Shown: one piece after another, positions 55,389 through 64,000 of the stretch
Position numbering within the stretch: the stretch's first letter is position 1
Layout: the number at the start of each line of letters is the position of its first letter
Assembly (NCBI GenBank): GCA_963702005.1
Contig: OY969696.1
Coordinates: 2,560,001-2,624,000 of the forward strand
Length of the DNA: 64,000 bases
Direction: 5' to 3'
Source of the DNA: Candidatus Aminicenantes bacterium
GTDB lineage: Bacteria > Acidobacteriota > Aminicenantia > Aminicenantales > JAFGBC01
Translations under genes and position numbers: made by a program
Notes under the pieces: generated by a model
What the model saw: the letters and a program-made list of their open reading frames with translations, nothing else
What the model was told of the DNA's origin: nothing
The model's database searches: none

Positions 55389-58300
55389 CTACTCAAACCT
55401 GGTTCTTATATATTCGGCGGCGCTTTCCGGGCTGAGCTTAACACTCCCTGGGCCGCTCCTCACGTAGAAATCCCCACTCGCGGCCTCCTCGGTACCCTTC
55501 CACTTCAAAAAGACCGGCTCAGGGCTCCTCTGACAACTGACCAGGCAGACCGTCTTCCCCTGGACAATCTGAGTTTTCGGGTCGATGCAGGTGCCGGCCC
55601 GATCGCCGAGGCCGTTCCGGACCGCTTGGGCGAGATGTCTCATGAATTCGTCGTCGCTCTCGAACCGATCCTTCTCGATGCCCGTCACGGTGCCTTCGTC
55701 GGCAACCCCGATCAGCAGGTCTCCGCCGGCCGTATTGAGGAATGCGGCGATCGTCTTCAGCACGGAATGGGTGATGAGCTTATCGTCTTTCTTATCCTCC
55801 CGAAGGTTCCAGCGCAAGCTCGACTTGAACTCCAAGGTCTTCGACTCTCCTCTTTTGATCAGCTCCTCGGCCTGCCTGTGGGCCCGCAAGTAATGGTCGA
55901 ACAGGAAATCGCGCAGGGCCGCCCCAAAGGCCCGATCGTCAGTGATCCGCTTATACAGGTCGAAGTTCGAGTCCACGATCTCCTGGATTGCGTCCTCGAC
56001 TTTATGGTCGAACGTCAGACGGATATTCTCGCGGGTATTGACCCTGGCGCTCGCGTCGAGGGCGGCGTCCTCGTTGAGCTTTTGCAGGATTTGCCCGAGA
56101 GTCAGCCTGTGCTCCGGCCCGAGGTTCAACCCGAATCTCTCATTGAGCTCGGCGATGATCTGGGAGAGCGGCTCGAGCAGTTCCTCCTGTCCGCTGCGTT
56201 GATCCTTTGTCATGACGGGGGCAAGCTGGCCGCCCTTCCGTTCGGGCGTGATCTTGCCGCTCCCCGTCTGCCGGATGCGGTACGACTCCATGTCGATATT
56301 CTGCTGGACCTCGCGCGGCAGGGTGTCCTGGTCGCCGGGAATCAGTCGCCTCAGGTGGCGGGCAAAGACGTAGAGCTTTTCGAGCTCGGTGTCGGCAAAG
56401 GTCAAAACCTGGGCCAGGAAAGCATAGAGGCGGACGTAATCGGTCAACTGGCCGCGAAAATCATGCTGTTCGTCGGCCGGCAGTCCCGCGAATCGCGTCG
56501 TCACCGGGGCCAGGACGGCATAAAGCTGGTCCTGGGTCGCTCTCCTGTCGAAATAGACCTTGGCGAACCGCTCGACATCCGCTTTGGTGAAGACAGGGAA
56601 GCCCATGAGCCGGGTCTGGATTTCGTAGAGCAGATTCGGGTCGGTCGCTTCCGACAAAAGCGTCGTCTCGTAATACGGCTCGAAAGCGTCCCGGATGGCG
56701 TCTGCCTCGTTGGCGAAATCGAGGACCATAGTTCCCCGCTTTTCCGGATGGATCCGGTTGAGCCGCGATAGCGTCTGGACAGCGTTCACCCCGCCGAGCT
56801 TTTTATCCACGTACATCGTATGGAGGAGAGGCTGGTCGAAGCCGGTCTGGAACTTGTTGGCGCATACGAGGAACCTATATTCCGACCGCTCGAAGACTTT
56901 GGCCGTTTGTTTCTCCGAAAAGCCGTTCATCCCCGATTCCGTGTATGACTGGCCGCCGTCCGCGACCTTCCCGGAGAATGCGACCAGGGCTTTGAAGGGA
57001 AGGCCTTTTTCCTGGATGTAGTGGTCCAAAGCCAGCTTAAAACGGACGGCGTGCAGGCGCGACCGGGTCACGATCATGGCCTTGGCCTTGCCGCCGATCT
57101 CATTGGAAACCTGGGCGACGAAGTGCTCGACCATGATCCGCACCTTCTCTCCGATGGCGTGAGGGTGGAGCTCGACAAAGGCTTTGAGAAGGTATTGGGC
57201 TTTGCTCTTGTCGTAGCGGGGGTCGTCCTCGATTTTCTTTAGGAGGCGCCAGTAAGCCTTGTAAGTCGTATAGTTGTCGAGGACGTCGAGGATAAAGCCC
57301 TCCTCGATCGCCTGCCGCATGCTGTAGAGGTGGAACGGCGCGAATTTCCCGTCGGCCCGCTTCGTCCCGAATAGCTCGAGCGTCTTGGACTTGGGTGTCG
57401 CCGTGAAGGCGAACAGCGAAAGGTTCGGCAGGCGGCCGCGCTTTTCCATCTCGGCCAGGATCGTCGCTTCGAGTTCCTCCTCGGGAGTTTCCGCCCCGGC
57501 CTCTTCCCGCTCAGCCTCTTCGAGGCTCCCGGCCGCCAGCACCGACTTGAGGCTCTTCGTGCTCTCGCCCGACTGGGAGGAATGGGCCTCGTCCACGATC
57601 ACGGCGAATCGATGTCCCGGGAGATCTCCGATCTCGCCGACGATGACCGGGAACTTCTGGAGCGTGGTCACGATGATCGTTTTTCCCGATTCGAGGGCCT
57701 GCTTGAGCTGGTGCGAAGTTGTATCGATGTTCTCGACGACGCCCAACGTCTGTTCGAACTGGCGCATGGTCGCCTGGAGCTGGCGGTCGAGGATGCGCCG
57801 GTCGGTGACGACGACGATCGAGTCGAAAACGCGCTTATCCTGAAGGTCGTGCAGGGTCGCCAGCCGGTGGGCCAGCCAGGCGATGGTGAAGCTCTTGCCG
57901 CTTCCGGCCGAATGTTGGACGAGATAGCGCTGACCGGCTCCGTTCTGCCGGGCATGGGCGACGAGTCGTCGCACGGCATCGAGCTGCTGGTAGCGGGGGA
58001 AAATGAGCGTCCGCCCGCTTATTTTTCGACCCCTTTCGTCTTCGTCCTCGATCTCGTGGATGAATTGGCGGATGAGGTCGAGGACGCTGTCGCGGGCCCA
58101 GATTTTCTCCCAGAGATAGGCCGTCGGGTAACCCTTCTGCGTCGGCGGAACGGGGGGATTTCCCGCGCCGCCGAACTTCCCTTGGTTAAAGGGCAGGAAG
58201 CGCGTCCTCGGTCCGGCGAGTCGAGTCGTCACGTAGACGAGGTCCGGGTCCACGGCGAAATGGGCCAGGCACCGGCCGTAGGCGAAAAGCGGCTCGCGCG

Positions 58301-58898
58301 GGTCGCGGTCGATCTTGTACTGCCGTATGGAATCCTCAACCGTCTGCCCCGTGAGGGGGTTCTTGAGCTCGGCGGTGAAGATCGGGACACCATTCAGAAA
58401 TAGCACCATGTCGAGGCTCTGGGCGGTTTTTTCGCTGTAGGCGAGCTGACGGACGACCGCGAAGAGATTCGCCGCGTGGAGCCGCTGGAGCGCTTCGTTA
58501 AGCCCGCTCGACGGACGGAAGAAGGCCGTCTGGAACTTACAGCCGGAGTCCTTGAAGCCGTTGCGGAGGACGTCGAGGGTGCCGCGCCGCTCGATTTCGC
58601 GCGACAGCCGCTTGAGAAATTGCTCCTTGACCGCGGCCCCATGGTGTTGTTTGAGCTTTTCCCATTCCTTGGGCTGGGTCGCCAGGACGAAATCGATGAC
58701 GGCGCTCGGCAGAAGGCAGAGCGACTGGTCATATTCTTCGGGCGGACGCTTACGATAGCCCCCGGCCGGGAATTCACCATAGGGCGTGGGCTCTTCGCGG
58801 ACCCCGGCGGCCTCTCCGACGCATGCGTCCGGCCCAAAGCGCAACAGCCCGCACTCGATCGTATTTTCAAAGCTTCGTTCGGAGACTTCAACCGTCAT
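55389..58898 (-). CDS. hsdR: Type I restriction endonuclease R subunit with C-terminal Schlafen/AlbA_2 domain
   Basis: D.VLFLNG.P..TAELK, QHSAGSGKS, VDEAH, FTATP, TGFDQP, QTLSRLNR; tail ESKTLEFKSS...IAAFLNT.GG.LLIGV.D.G. Confidence 0.92.
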   Translation of the reverse strand: MTVEVSERSFENTIECGLLRFGPDACVGEAAGVREEPTPYGEFPAGGYRKRPPEEYDQSLCLLPSAVIDFVLATQPKEWEKLKQHHGAAVKEQFLKRLSREIERRGTLDVLRNGFKDSGCKFQTAFFRPSSGLNEALQRLHAANLFAVVRQLAYSEKTAQSLDMVLFLNGVPIFTAELKNPLTGQTVEDSIRQYKIDRDPREPLFAYGRCLAHFAVDPDLVYVTTRLAGPRTRFLPFNQGKFGGAGNPPVPPTQKGYPTAYLWEKIWARDSVLDLIRQFIHEIEDEDERGRKISGRTLIFPRYQQLDAVRRLVAHARQNGAGQRYLVQHSAGSGKSFTIAWLAHRLATLHDLQDKRVFDSIVVVTDRRILDRQLQATMRQFEQTLGVVENIDTTSHQLKQALESGKTIIVTTLQKFPVIVGEIGDLPGHRFAVIVDEAHSSQSGESTKSLKSVLAAGSLEEAEREEAGAETPEEELEATILAEMEKRGRLPNLSLFAFTATPKSKTLELFGTKRADGKFAPFHLYSMRQAIEEGFILDVLDNYTTYKAYWRLLKKIEDDPRYDKSKAQYLLKAFVELHPHAIGEKVRIMVEHFVAQVSNEIGGKAKAMIVTRSRLHAVRFKLALDHYIQEKGLPFKALVAFSGKVADGGQSYTESGMNGFSEKQTAKVFERSEYRFLVCANKFQTGFDQPLLHTMYVDKKLGGVNAVQTLSRLNRIHPEKRGTMVLDFANEADAIRDAFEPYYETTLLSEATDPNLLYEIQTRLMGFPVFTKADVERFAKVYFDRRATQDQLYAVLAPVTTRFAGLPADEQHDFRGQLTDYVRLYAFLAQVLTFADTELEKLYVFARHLRRLIPGDQDTLPREVQQNIDMESYRIRQTGSGKITPERKGGQLAPVMTKDQRSGQEELLEPLSQIIAELNERFGLNLGPEHRLTLGQILQKLNEDAALDASARVNTRENIRLTFDHKVEDAIQEIVDSNFDLYKRITDDRAFGAALRDFLFDHYLRAHRQAEELIKRGESKTLEFKSSLRWNLREDKKDDKLITHSVLKTIAAFLNTAGGDLLIGVADEGTVTGIEKDRFESDDEFMRHLAQAVRNGLGDRAGTCIDPKTQIVQGKTVCLVSCQRSPEPVFLKWKGTEEAASGDFYVRSGPGSVKLSPESAAEYIRTRFE

Positions 58899-59829
58899 GG
58901 CGCTTCTCCCGAGGTCGCCACGGCCCGCCGGGTTCCCAGACCTCGTTGAATTCCGTTCTCGCATTGAGCGCTTGAAGAACCGGGAGGAGGAAGTTTCTTA
59001 TTCTTATCACGACTTGCTGGAGCGGCAGGGTTGCTGAACTCTTCCCGATCCTGCGCAGAAACGCTCCCCATTGTATGTTCTTGTCCTTATCTTGGGCGAA
59101 CTCGTCAGTAAACGCAACCGGCAGCTCTGATAGTGATGTAAACACTCCTCGTTTGAGCGACACCCGCACGGCTCTCTGAAGCTCTGCGCCATTAAATGAA
59201 AATAGGTCCCCCAAGACAGCGATGTCATAAAAATCTTTCATTCGGCTGTTCAACATCCCAAGTTCCAACATAGCATCGAGTTTTTCCGTTATGGTAGTTT
59301 CTTTTCGATAGGCTAGGATACGAGGCGCCGGCATGTCGAGGAGAGTTGGGTAAAAAACGTATTCCGGTTCCGGCCATACGCTGTCGCCGATCCCGATATC
59401 AACTTGAAGAGGAATCCTGATGTTCCCCAAACGGGCCATGAACTTGGTGCGAAATCCGTGGTATTCGGTCTCGTCGCGGATCGGCTCGACAACCATGGTG
59501 TCCGCAACGAAGGTCAATCCGTCGGGCTCCACTTTCATACGGCCGATTTTCGAGAAGACTCGACGGAGCCGGGCTTCCGTAGGGTTGCCGATTCCCAAGA
59601 GATCAAGGTCCATCGTCGTACGCGGCAAATCGCTGGTCCATAGCACAAACAGCATGGCGCCTTTTACGACAAAACTCTCGGCGTGGTCGGATTTCCCAAG
59701 CCGATAGAGCCAACGCTCGAACGCGTACCTTCTCAAGACCGGCGTGAAATCGTGAGTCCTCGCCGGGTCGAGGTTGAGCAGCCGCTGATGAACGGAAGCC
59801 GGGAGATTCGTTATAGGGTCCTTGGTCAC
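58888..59829 (-). CDS. abiEii: AbiEii-family nucleotidyltransferase toxin (type IV TA)
   Basis: ER.LYRL, FVVKGAML, RTTMDLDL, QVDIG.GD, EKL.AM, NSRMKDFYD; GTGA overlap with the antitoxin. Confidence 0.88.
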   Translation of the reverse strand: MTKDPITNLPASVHQRLLNLDPARTHDFTPVLRRYAFERWLYRLGKSDHAESFVVKGAMLFVLWTSDLPRTTMDLDLLGIGNPTEARLRRVFSKIGRMKVEPDGLTFVADTMVVEPIRDETEYHGFRTKFMARLGNIRIPLQVDIGIGDSVWPEPEYVFYPTLLDMPAPRILAYRKETTITEKLDAMLELGMLNSRMKDFYDIAVLGDLFSFNGAELQRAVRVSLKRGVFTSLSELPVAFTDEFAQDKDKNIQWGAFLRRIGKSSATLPLQQVVIRIRNFLLPVLQALNARTEFNEVWEPGGPWRPREKRHDG

Positions 59830-60440
59830 GACAGGGCTTCCATATAGGGCTTCATAATCTTCTGAACTCGACAAATCTTGGCATAATGCCATAGCTCGTC
59901 GCGGGTGGCCTTGTGCGACCGAAGACAATCTCTGAGCGCCTCGACAGCCACGTCCAGCCCGATTTTATTGCGGAACTTGAACGTGTCAGCAACCGTCTTG
60001 GCGGGGTTGTAGACGCGGATTCTGCCTCCCGGAAAATCACGGACTTCGATACCTTCAGAGAAGGCCTTTCCCGATGAGTAGACAAATCGCAGGCGGAGAG
60101 TCTCGATTCTCGGCCGCCAAGCGCTATTGGGGAGGGCCAGCCAAACGTCATATGGCTCCTGTGTGCCGATTTCATGAAAACGGAGAGCGGAAAGGAGGCA
60201 AACAACCCCCTTCGGCACGAGCTTTGAGGCTTCGATAAGTGTCCGATGCTCCTCCATCTGCCCGCCGAGCCTATAGAGCCCGCGGCCCGCCCGTTCGATG
60301 AGGCCTCTTTTATAAAGATAACGCAGCATCTCGCGGGAAATTCCCATTTCGGCAAGATCTCGGGAGCGCAGACTTCCACGGCTCTTAAGAAGCCCGATGG
60401 CCTTCTTCGTAACCTCGCCCGAAATGCGAATTTTTTCCAT
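59826..60440 (-). CDS. abiEi: AbiEi-family antitoxin / transcriptional regulator
   Basis: N-terminal wHTH (G.IER.GRGLY), VCLLSAL.FH, KTVAD.FKFRNKIGLDVA.EAL. Confidence 0.88.
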   Translation of the reverse strand: MEKIRISGEVTKKAIGLLKSRGSLRSRDLAEMGISREMLRYLYKRGLIERAGRGLYRLGGQMEEHRTLIEASKLVPKGVVCLLSALRFHEIGTQEPYDVWLALPNSAWRPRIETLRLRFVYSSGKAFSEGIEVRDFPGGRIRVYNPAKTVADTFKFRNKIGLDVAVEALRDCLRSHKATRDELWHYAKICRVQKIMKPYMEALS

Positions 60441-60459
60441 ATTTGACATTTCCCAGGTA

Positions 60460-60487
60460 ATTATAAACATTTACATAGGAATTGCAA
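60460..60487 (-). promoter_or_regulatory. Putative sigma70 promoter of abiEi-abiEii-hsdR
   Basis: TTGCAA-16bp-TATAAT on the minus strand. Confidence 0.5.
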
Positions 60488-60554
60488 GTCTTTTCTCGAA
60501 GGGGAGGAGGACTCCTTGCCCAAGTTATTTACGTAACTTTTATAAGCCCCCCGC

Positions 60555-60586
60555 TTATTAAAGGATAATGGCTTATCCTTTAATAA
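60555..60586. promoter_or_regulatory. Perfect 14-bp inverted repeat (candidate operator)
   Basis: TTATTAAAGGATAA-TGGC-TTATCCTTTAATAA in the AT-rich divergent intergenic region. Confidence 0.55.
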
Positions 60587-60896
60587 CGATTTTCGGCTGA
60601 TATTCCATATGCTTTGTAACTTCTCTTTGTCTTTTCCAGAACGACCATCATCTTCTCATTTTAGGCCAAATGAATCTCGCTAATCTAGAATTCGAGAAAA
60701 GTCCCTTCGGCTTTCTTCTATGGACCGGTAATGATCCGGCTCATATTGCTGCTTGCCGTATGGCAGTGATTATCTTAAGATGTTTTATAGCGCTTAGTTT
60801 TTTCCCCAATATTTCGCTTCCGCTGAGGATGTTCCAGCGCTATCAACGCTTCCATGTCGGCCATGGCGCATATGAATTGACAGGATTCAAAATAAG

Positions 60897-61862
60897 ATGA
60901 GAACCCTAAAAACATTTTGGACAGGGCTAATCACCTTAGGTGAAGAACCCCTCCAACCGAATCCTCCGTTTATTGGAGCCGGTTGGACGGCGATTCTTGC
61001 ACCTCAAAGGAAAGATCCGCCCACGATTTATAAAGGAAGAGAAATAGTAATTAGCACAAGATCGTGGGCGGTAGCTCAACGTGCACTGGATCTTATCCAC
61101 GGTTGTCATCAGCTAGTGAATGATATCCCTCCATTTGTTTCCATACACCCGATCGCATACAACATGACAGAGCCCCGCTGGATGGAACCAGAAGAGAGAC
61201 AACGCCAATATGAAATAGAATTCAGCACCGCGGATTTCCCTCTTGCGTGTGCCCTCGCGGCAAAAGCTTCGCGACGTCGGCAATGGGCCTATGCTGTTGC
61301 CAAGTGGAAGTTCAGTAGGTCACTGTACTCAGTTCACCATATTGATCTTGAGCCATGGATATCTCGTCATCTGCCAGTTTCCTCATTCCCAGATGATCAT
61401 GTAATGTTCGCTTATGCCATTGTTACATCTTACTCAGTCCTGGAGGATCTTGGCATGGAACTTAGGGCTTCATCCAGCAGACCAAGCCGGGTTAAGGGAG
61501 AATGGAATCCTATTGTGCTACAGGATCTTGAACGACGCTTGAATAAAGGTGGTGTAAATTTAAAGGAGACACTACTCTGGACCGTGCGCGGGACAAAACG
61601 CAAAATAGAGAAGCGCAGGCCCATTCCACCAGCGGCAAGGGCCCCGTGGTCTGGGTGGACCGTGCGAGACTCTGAGCTTCCGATAGCGGACGCTATTGCT
61701 TATGCCGACTGGATGCGTGACTGTGTCGCCTCACACAACGTAAAAGATCTGACGCGCGTTCTTTCACCTTATGATGTGGTCAATGTACAGCATTTAGCGA
61801 GAAGGCTACTACTGGAATGTCTTGGTTTCTGGCGCTGGCGTGAGAAAAGGCGTTCCCAATAA
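60897..61862 (+). CDS. Hypothetical protein, possible HEPN-domain nuclease
   Basis: 321-aa lower-GC ORF inside the R-M locus; SY.VLE helix and C-terminal RDCVASH (Rx5H). Confidence 0.55.
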   Translation: MRTLKTFWTGLITLGEEPLQPNPPFIGAGWTAILAPQRKDPPTIYKGREIVISTRSWAVAQRALDLIHGCHQLVNDIPPFVSIHPIAYNMTEPRWMEPEERQRQYEIEFSTADFPLACALAAKASRRRQWAYAVAKWKFSRSLYSVHHIDLEPWISRHLPVSSFPDDHVMFAYAIVTSYSVLEDLGMELRASSSRPSRVKGEWNPIVLQDLERRLNKGGVNLKETLLWTVRGTKRKIEKRRPIPPAARAPWSGWTVRDSELPIADAIAYADWMRDCVASHNVKDLTRVLSPYDVVNVQHLARRLLLECLGFWRWREKRRSQ

Positions 61863-61911
61863 GGATACAACCCATGGGATCGAAAGCAGCTATTATATTT
61901 CAAGAATGTAA

Positions 61912-63252
61912 CTATCGACTTACCCCGTTTGTTATGTTCCTGATATCAATTTTACCAGTAACCGCAAAAGAAATGAGGGCCGTGCGGTATTCTTTGAGAC
62001 AACCCGCTGCTCTCCTTATGGTCATCAGCAAAGCATCAATCTTGCTAACTGCATTGTCCAATTGATCGGCTATGCGTTGTTGTTCTTTTATGGGCGGAAT
62101 TGGTGTTGATATTTCAAAGAAACCATCGGGGTACAACCGTAGCCTAGATTTCCAGATGCCTTTAGAGTACCTAGTAAGTTCGGCTACATGGAGAGGTGTT
62201 CTGCAAAGGTAGTCATAATAGCGCGGGTCGAGAGAACTTGTTCGTAGAACATAAACATTATATGAAGGGCTGACAATACCGCTTTCTTTTGATATCCCCA
62301 ATGCGCCCATCCAGGCCCACATCGTGTTTATCGCGAGTTCACCTGCACTACATATTTTATAATCCTCCAATGACTCGGCCTCGATCATTGTGACATTCTT
62401 CTCGGAGCGCCGAGTTACTCCCGAAAGATGCGATACCGTCAGTAGCTCCTCATCGCCATAATCGGATCGGATATCCGAATCTTCAAATAGTCTTTTGTTG
62501 GATTCTATCGCCCAGTGTGTCGGAATCTCCCCGAGCCACTCGACGCCGGAGTCTTTCATGGGTACGGTTGGGACGAGGCCTTTGGTGACTGCTTGGGTGA
62601 TTAGGGCCGTGCGCTTTTCCTGAAGCAATTCGATCAGCCGTTCTTTTTTCTCGATGAGGGCATCGATCTTTGCCGTCTCACGTTCGAGGAAGGCAGATAT
62701 GGCTCTTTGTTCATCAGCGTCGGGGATAGCAATGGGGATGCTCATAACCTGGTCGGGACTCGCTCTCGGCATTTTTGTCCCATATGTCATTGCATTTATC
62801 CAGGCTATGAAGCCGGGACTCAAGAGTTGATAAGCTAGAAAAGATGGACTAATCTCTCCTCCAGATCGAAACACAAGGAGTTCTGAGGAACATCGTCCAT
62901 CAAAACTCGAGAGGAGCACTTTTGCTAGATATGGACGGAGCTTTCCGAATAGAACATCTCCTGATCGAAAACAGGTATATAGCCCTTCGGCCTCTTGCCC
63001 CTCGCTTGACCCGTATCCCGCTGCGCTAACCATTTTTCCCGTGAGCGATTCAAGATGTTCCAAGCCTATATATGGAATCTCCACCGCAATTCCGTCTATG
63101 CGGTCTGTTATTAAAGGCGCAATATACTTTAGGGGCCGTACTTTCCAGTTCTCCGGGATTTTTCCCAGCCACTCGACGCCTGAATCTTTGTATCGAGGAT
63201 AGGGGTGGAACTGTCGGCGTTCGATTCCCAAGCTATTTTGATCTTTACTCAC
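61912..63252 (-). CDS. hsdS: Type I R-M specificity subunit
   Basis: Two KDSGVEWLG.IP..W repeats, P...EQ..I spacers, R.ALI..AVT; GTG start at 63252 inferred. Confidence 0.92.
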   Translation of the reverse strand: MSKDQNSLGIERRQFHPYPRYKDSGVEWLGKIPENWKVRPLKYIAPLITDRIDGIAVEIPYIGLEHLESLTGKMVSAAGYGSSEGQEAEGLYTCFRSGDVLFGKLRPYLAKVLLSSFDGRCSSELLVFRSGGEISPSFLAYQLLSPGFIAWINAMTYGTKMPRASPDQVMSIPIAIPDADEQRAISAFLERETAKIDALIEKKERLIELLQEKRTALITQAVTKGLVPTVPMKDSGVEWLGEIPTHWAIESNKRLFEDSDIRSDYGDEELLTVSHLSGVTRRSEKNVTMIEAESLEDYKICSAGELAINTMWAWMGALGISKESGIVSPSYNVYVLRTSSLDPRYYDYLCRTPLHVAELTRYSKGIWKSRLRLYPDGFFEISTPIPPIKEQQRIADQLDNAVSKIDALLMTIRRAAGCLKEYRTALISFAVTGKIDIRNITNGVSR

Positions 63253-63253
63253 G

Positions 63254-63619
63254 TTAAATGTATTCCCGATCGATCGGCCCATCGCCTAAATCTATAACTG
63301 AGGAGCAATAATAGACGCGGAAAAGCTTCCTGAACGTTTTCATTGAACGGTCTTTCGGCCAGAGAGACGGATCTGCACACCAGCCGTCGAGTTCGATCTC
63401 AAAAATGGTCTTGAAGTTCCGCTTTAACCAGCTCTCCGCGTCCGCATCTTGTTCCGGTATAAGATATGCTGTCGAATCTGCGACCAGTTCTTCTAAATTC
63501 AACGCCGCATCATCATCGGGGTTTTTCCTGGCCCACTCCAAGAAACCCTCCGTCGGCACGACAACGAGGACGTTGCGATTTATCGTAGGCAGGTTTTCAT
63601 AGTGCATATCATGTTTCAT
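63254..63619 (-). CDS. Hypothetical protein between hsdM and hsdS
   Basis: 121 aa, co-oriented; motifs NR.....P...F.EW, YLIPE, FE.EL..W......WP..R. Confidence 0.65.
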   Translation of the reverse strand: MKHDMHYENLPTINRNVLVVVPTEGFLEWARKNPDDDAALNLEELVADSTAYLIPEQDADAESWLKRNFKTIFEIELDGWCADPSLWPKDRSMKTFRKLFRVYYCSSVIDLGDGPIDREYI

Positions 63620-63642
63620 GGCACAATTCTCTCACTAGACAA

Positions 63643-64000
63643 CTAATCCTCTGGTTTCGATCCTGTAATCTCAGCCAACATCTGGACGATATCCTTCTCG
63701 CTAGCCCGGATATCCGCCTCGATCTCCTCGAGCGGGCGGGGTGGGACATATTTGTAGAAATAACGGTTGAAGTTGATTTCGTAGCCGATGAGGCCGACCA
63801 GACCGTCCTTGGAGTCACGTCTGGACGTATCGATCCAAGCGTCGGGGACATGGGGTAGCACCTCTCGTTCGAAAAACGCCCGGACGCTTGCCGGGACGCC
63901 CTGGGCGTCGATCGGATCGGGGCCGTCGACCAACGAAATGCTTTCGGTGTCACGGAGCTCGGGGTCGGGCTCCGGATTCCCGTCTTTGTCGCGGCAGACA
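63643..64000 (-). CDS. hsdM: Type I R-M methyltransferase, C-terminal part (truncated by the window edge)
   Basis: GNPEPDPELRDTE, FEREVLPHVPDAWID, GYEINFNRYFYKY.PPR.LEEI. Confidence 0.9.
   Translation of the reverse strand, partial: VCRDKDGNPEPDPELRDTESISLVDGPDPIDAQGVPASVRAFFEREVLPHVPDAWIDTSRRDSKDGLVGLIGYEINFNRYFYKYVPPRPLEEIEADIRASEKDIVQMLAEITGSKPED

Noticed and set aside
60670-60900. 76-aa ORF upstream of the putative HEPN gene
   Set aside because: No RBS or motif, AT-rich intergenic context; cannot be supported.
61912-63252. hsdS phase-variable shufflon
   Set aside because: The internal KDSGVEWLG repeats are the normal direct conserved regions; no inverted silent hsdS or recombinase in the window.

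Overview
GC-rich bacterial chromosome segment. The gene content (GH42, GH28, GH113, NamZ, LiaF-like/DUF4097 ECF cluster, ADP-heptose genes) suggests a diderm carbohydrate degrader, possibly Aminicenantia/Acidobacteriota; this is inference only. The core genes are tRNA-Gly(CCC), a lipoate ligase, two ECF sigma/anti-sigma modules, LPS heptose genes, tRNA-Leu(CAA), glutamine synthetase and an amino-sugar catabolic operon containing an internally deleted nagB. Three regions stand out. (1) 27.6-38.7 kb: signal-peptide-bearing Fam20C/PI4K-like kinases, a matching pseudokinase, a secreted Shewanella-like metallophosphatase, two NTT/TLC-family nucleotide translocases and a STAS/FHA-GAF-PP2C/RsbW partner-switching set. 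Together these form a candidate extracytoplasmic phosphorylation system supplied by exported ATP. (2) 20.5-24.8 kb: five tandem, separately promoted, secreted phage tail-collar (fibre tip) genes with hypervariable heads, located between an IS200 and tRNA-Leu, with no phage genes nearby. (3) 55.4-64 kb: a type I R-M locus whose HsdR carries a Schlafen/AlbA_2 domain, interrupted by an AbiE toxin-antitoxin pair and a putative HEPN gene. The window also has two near-identical IS200 copies, IS605-type palindromic mini-elements and a MITE-like element. No CRISPR array or rRNA was seen. All family calls come from motif recognition by eye, not from database searches.
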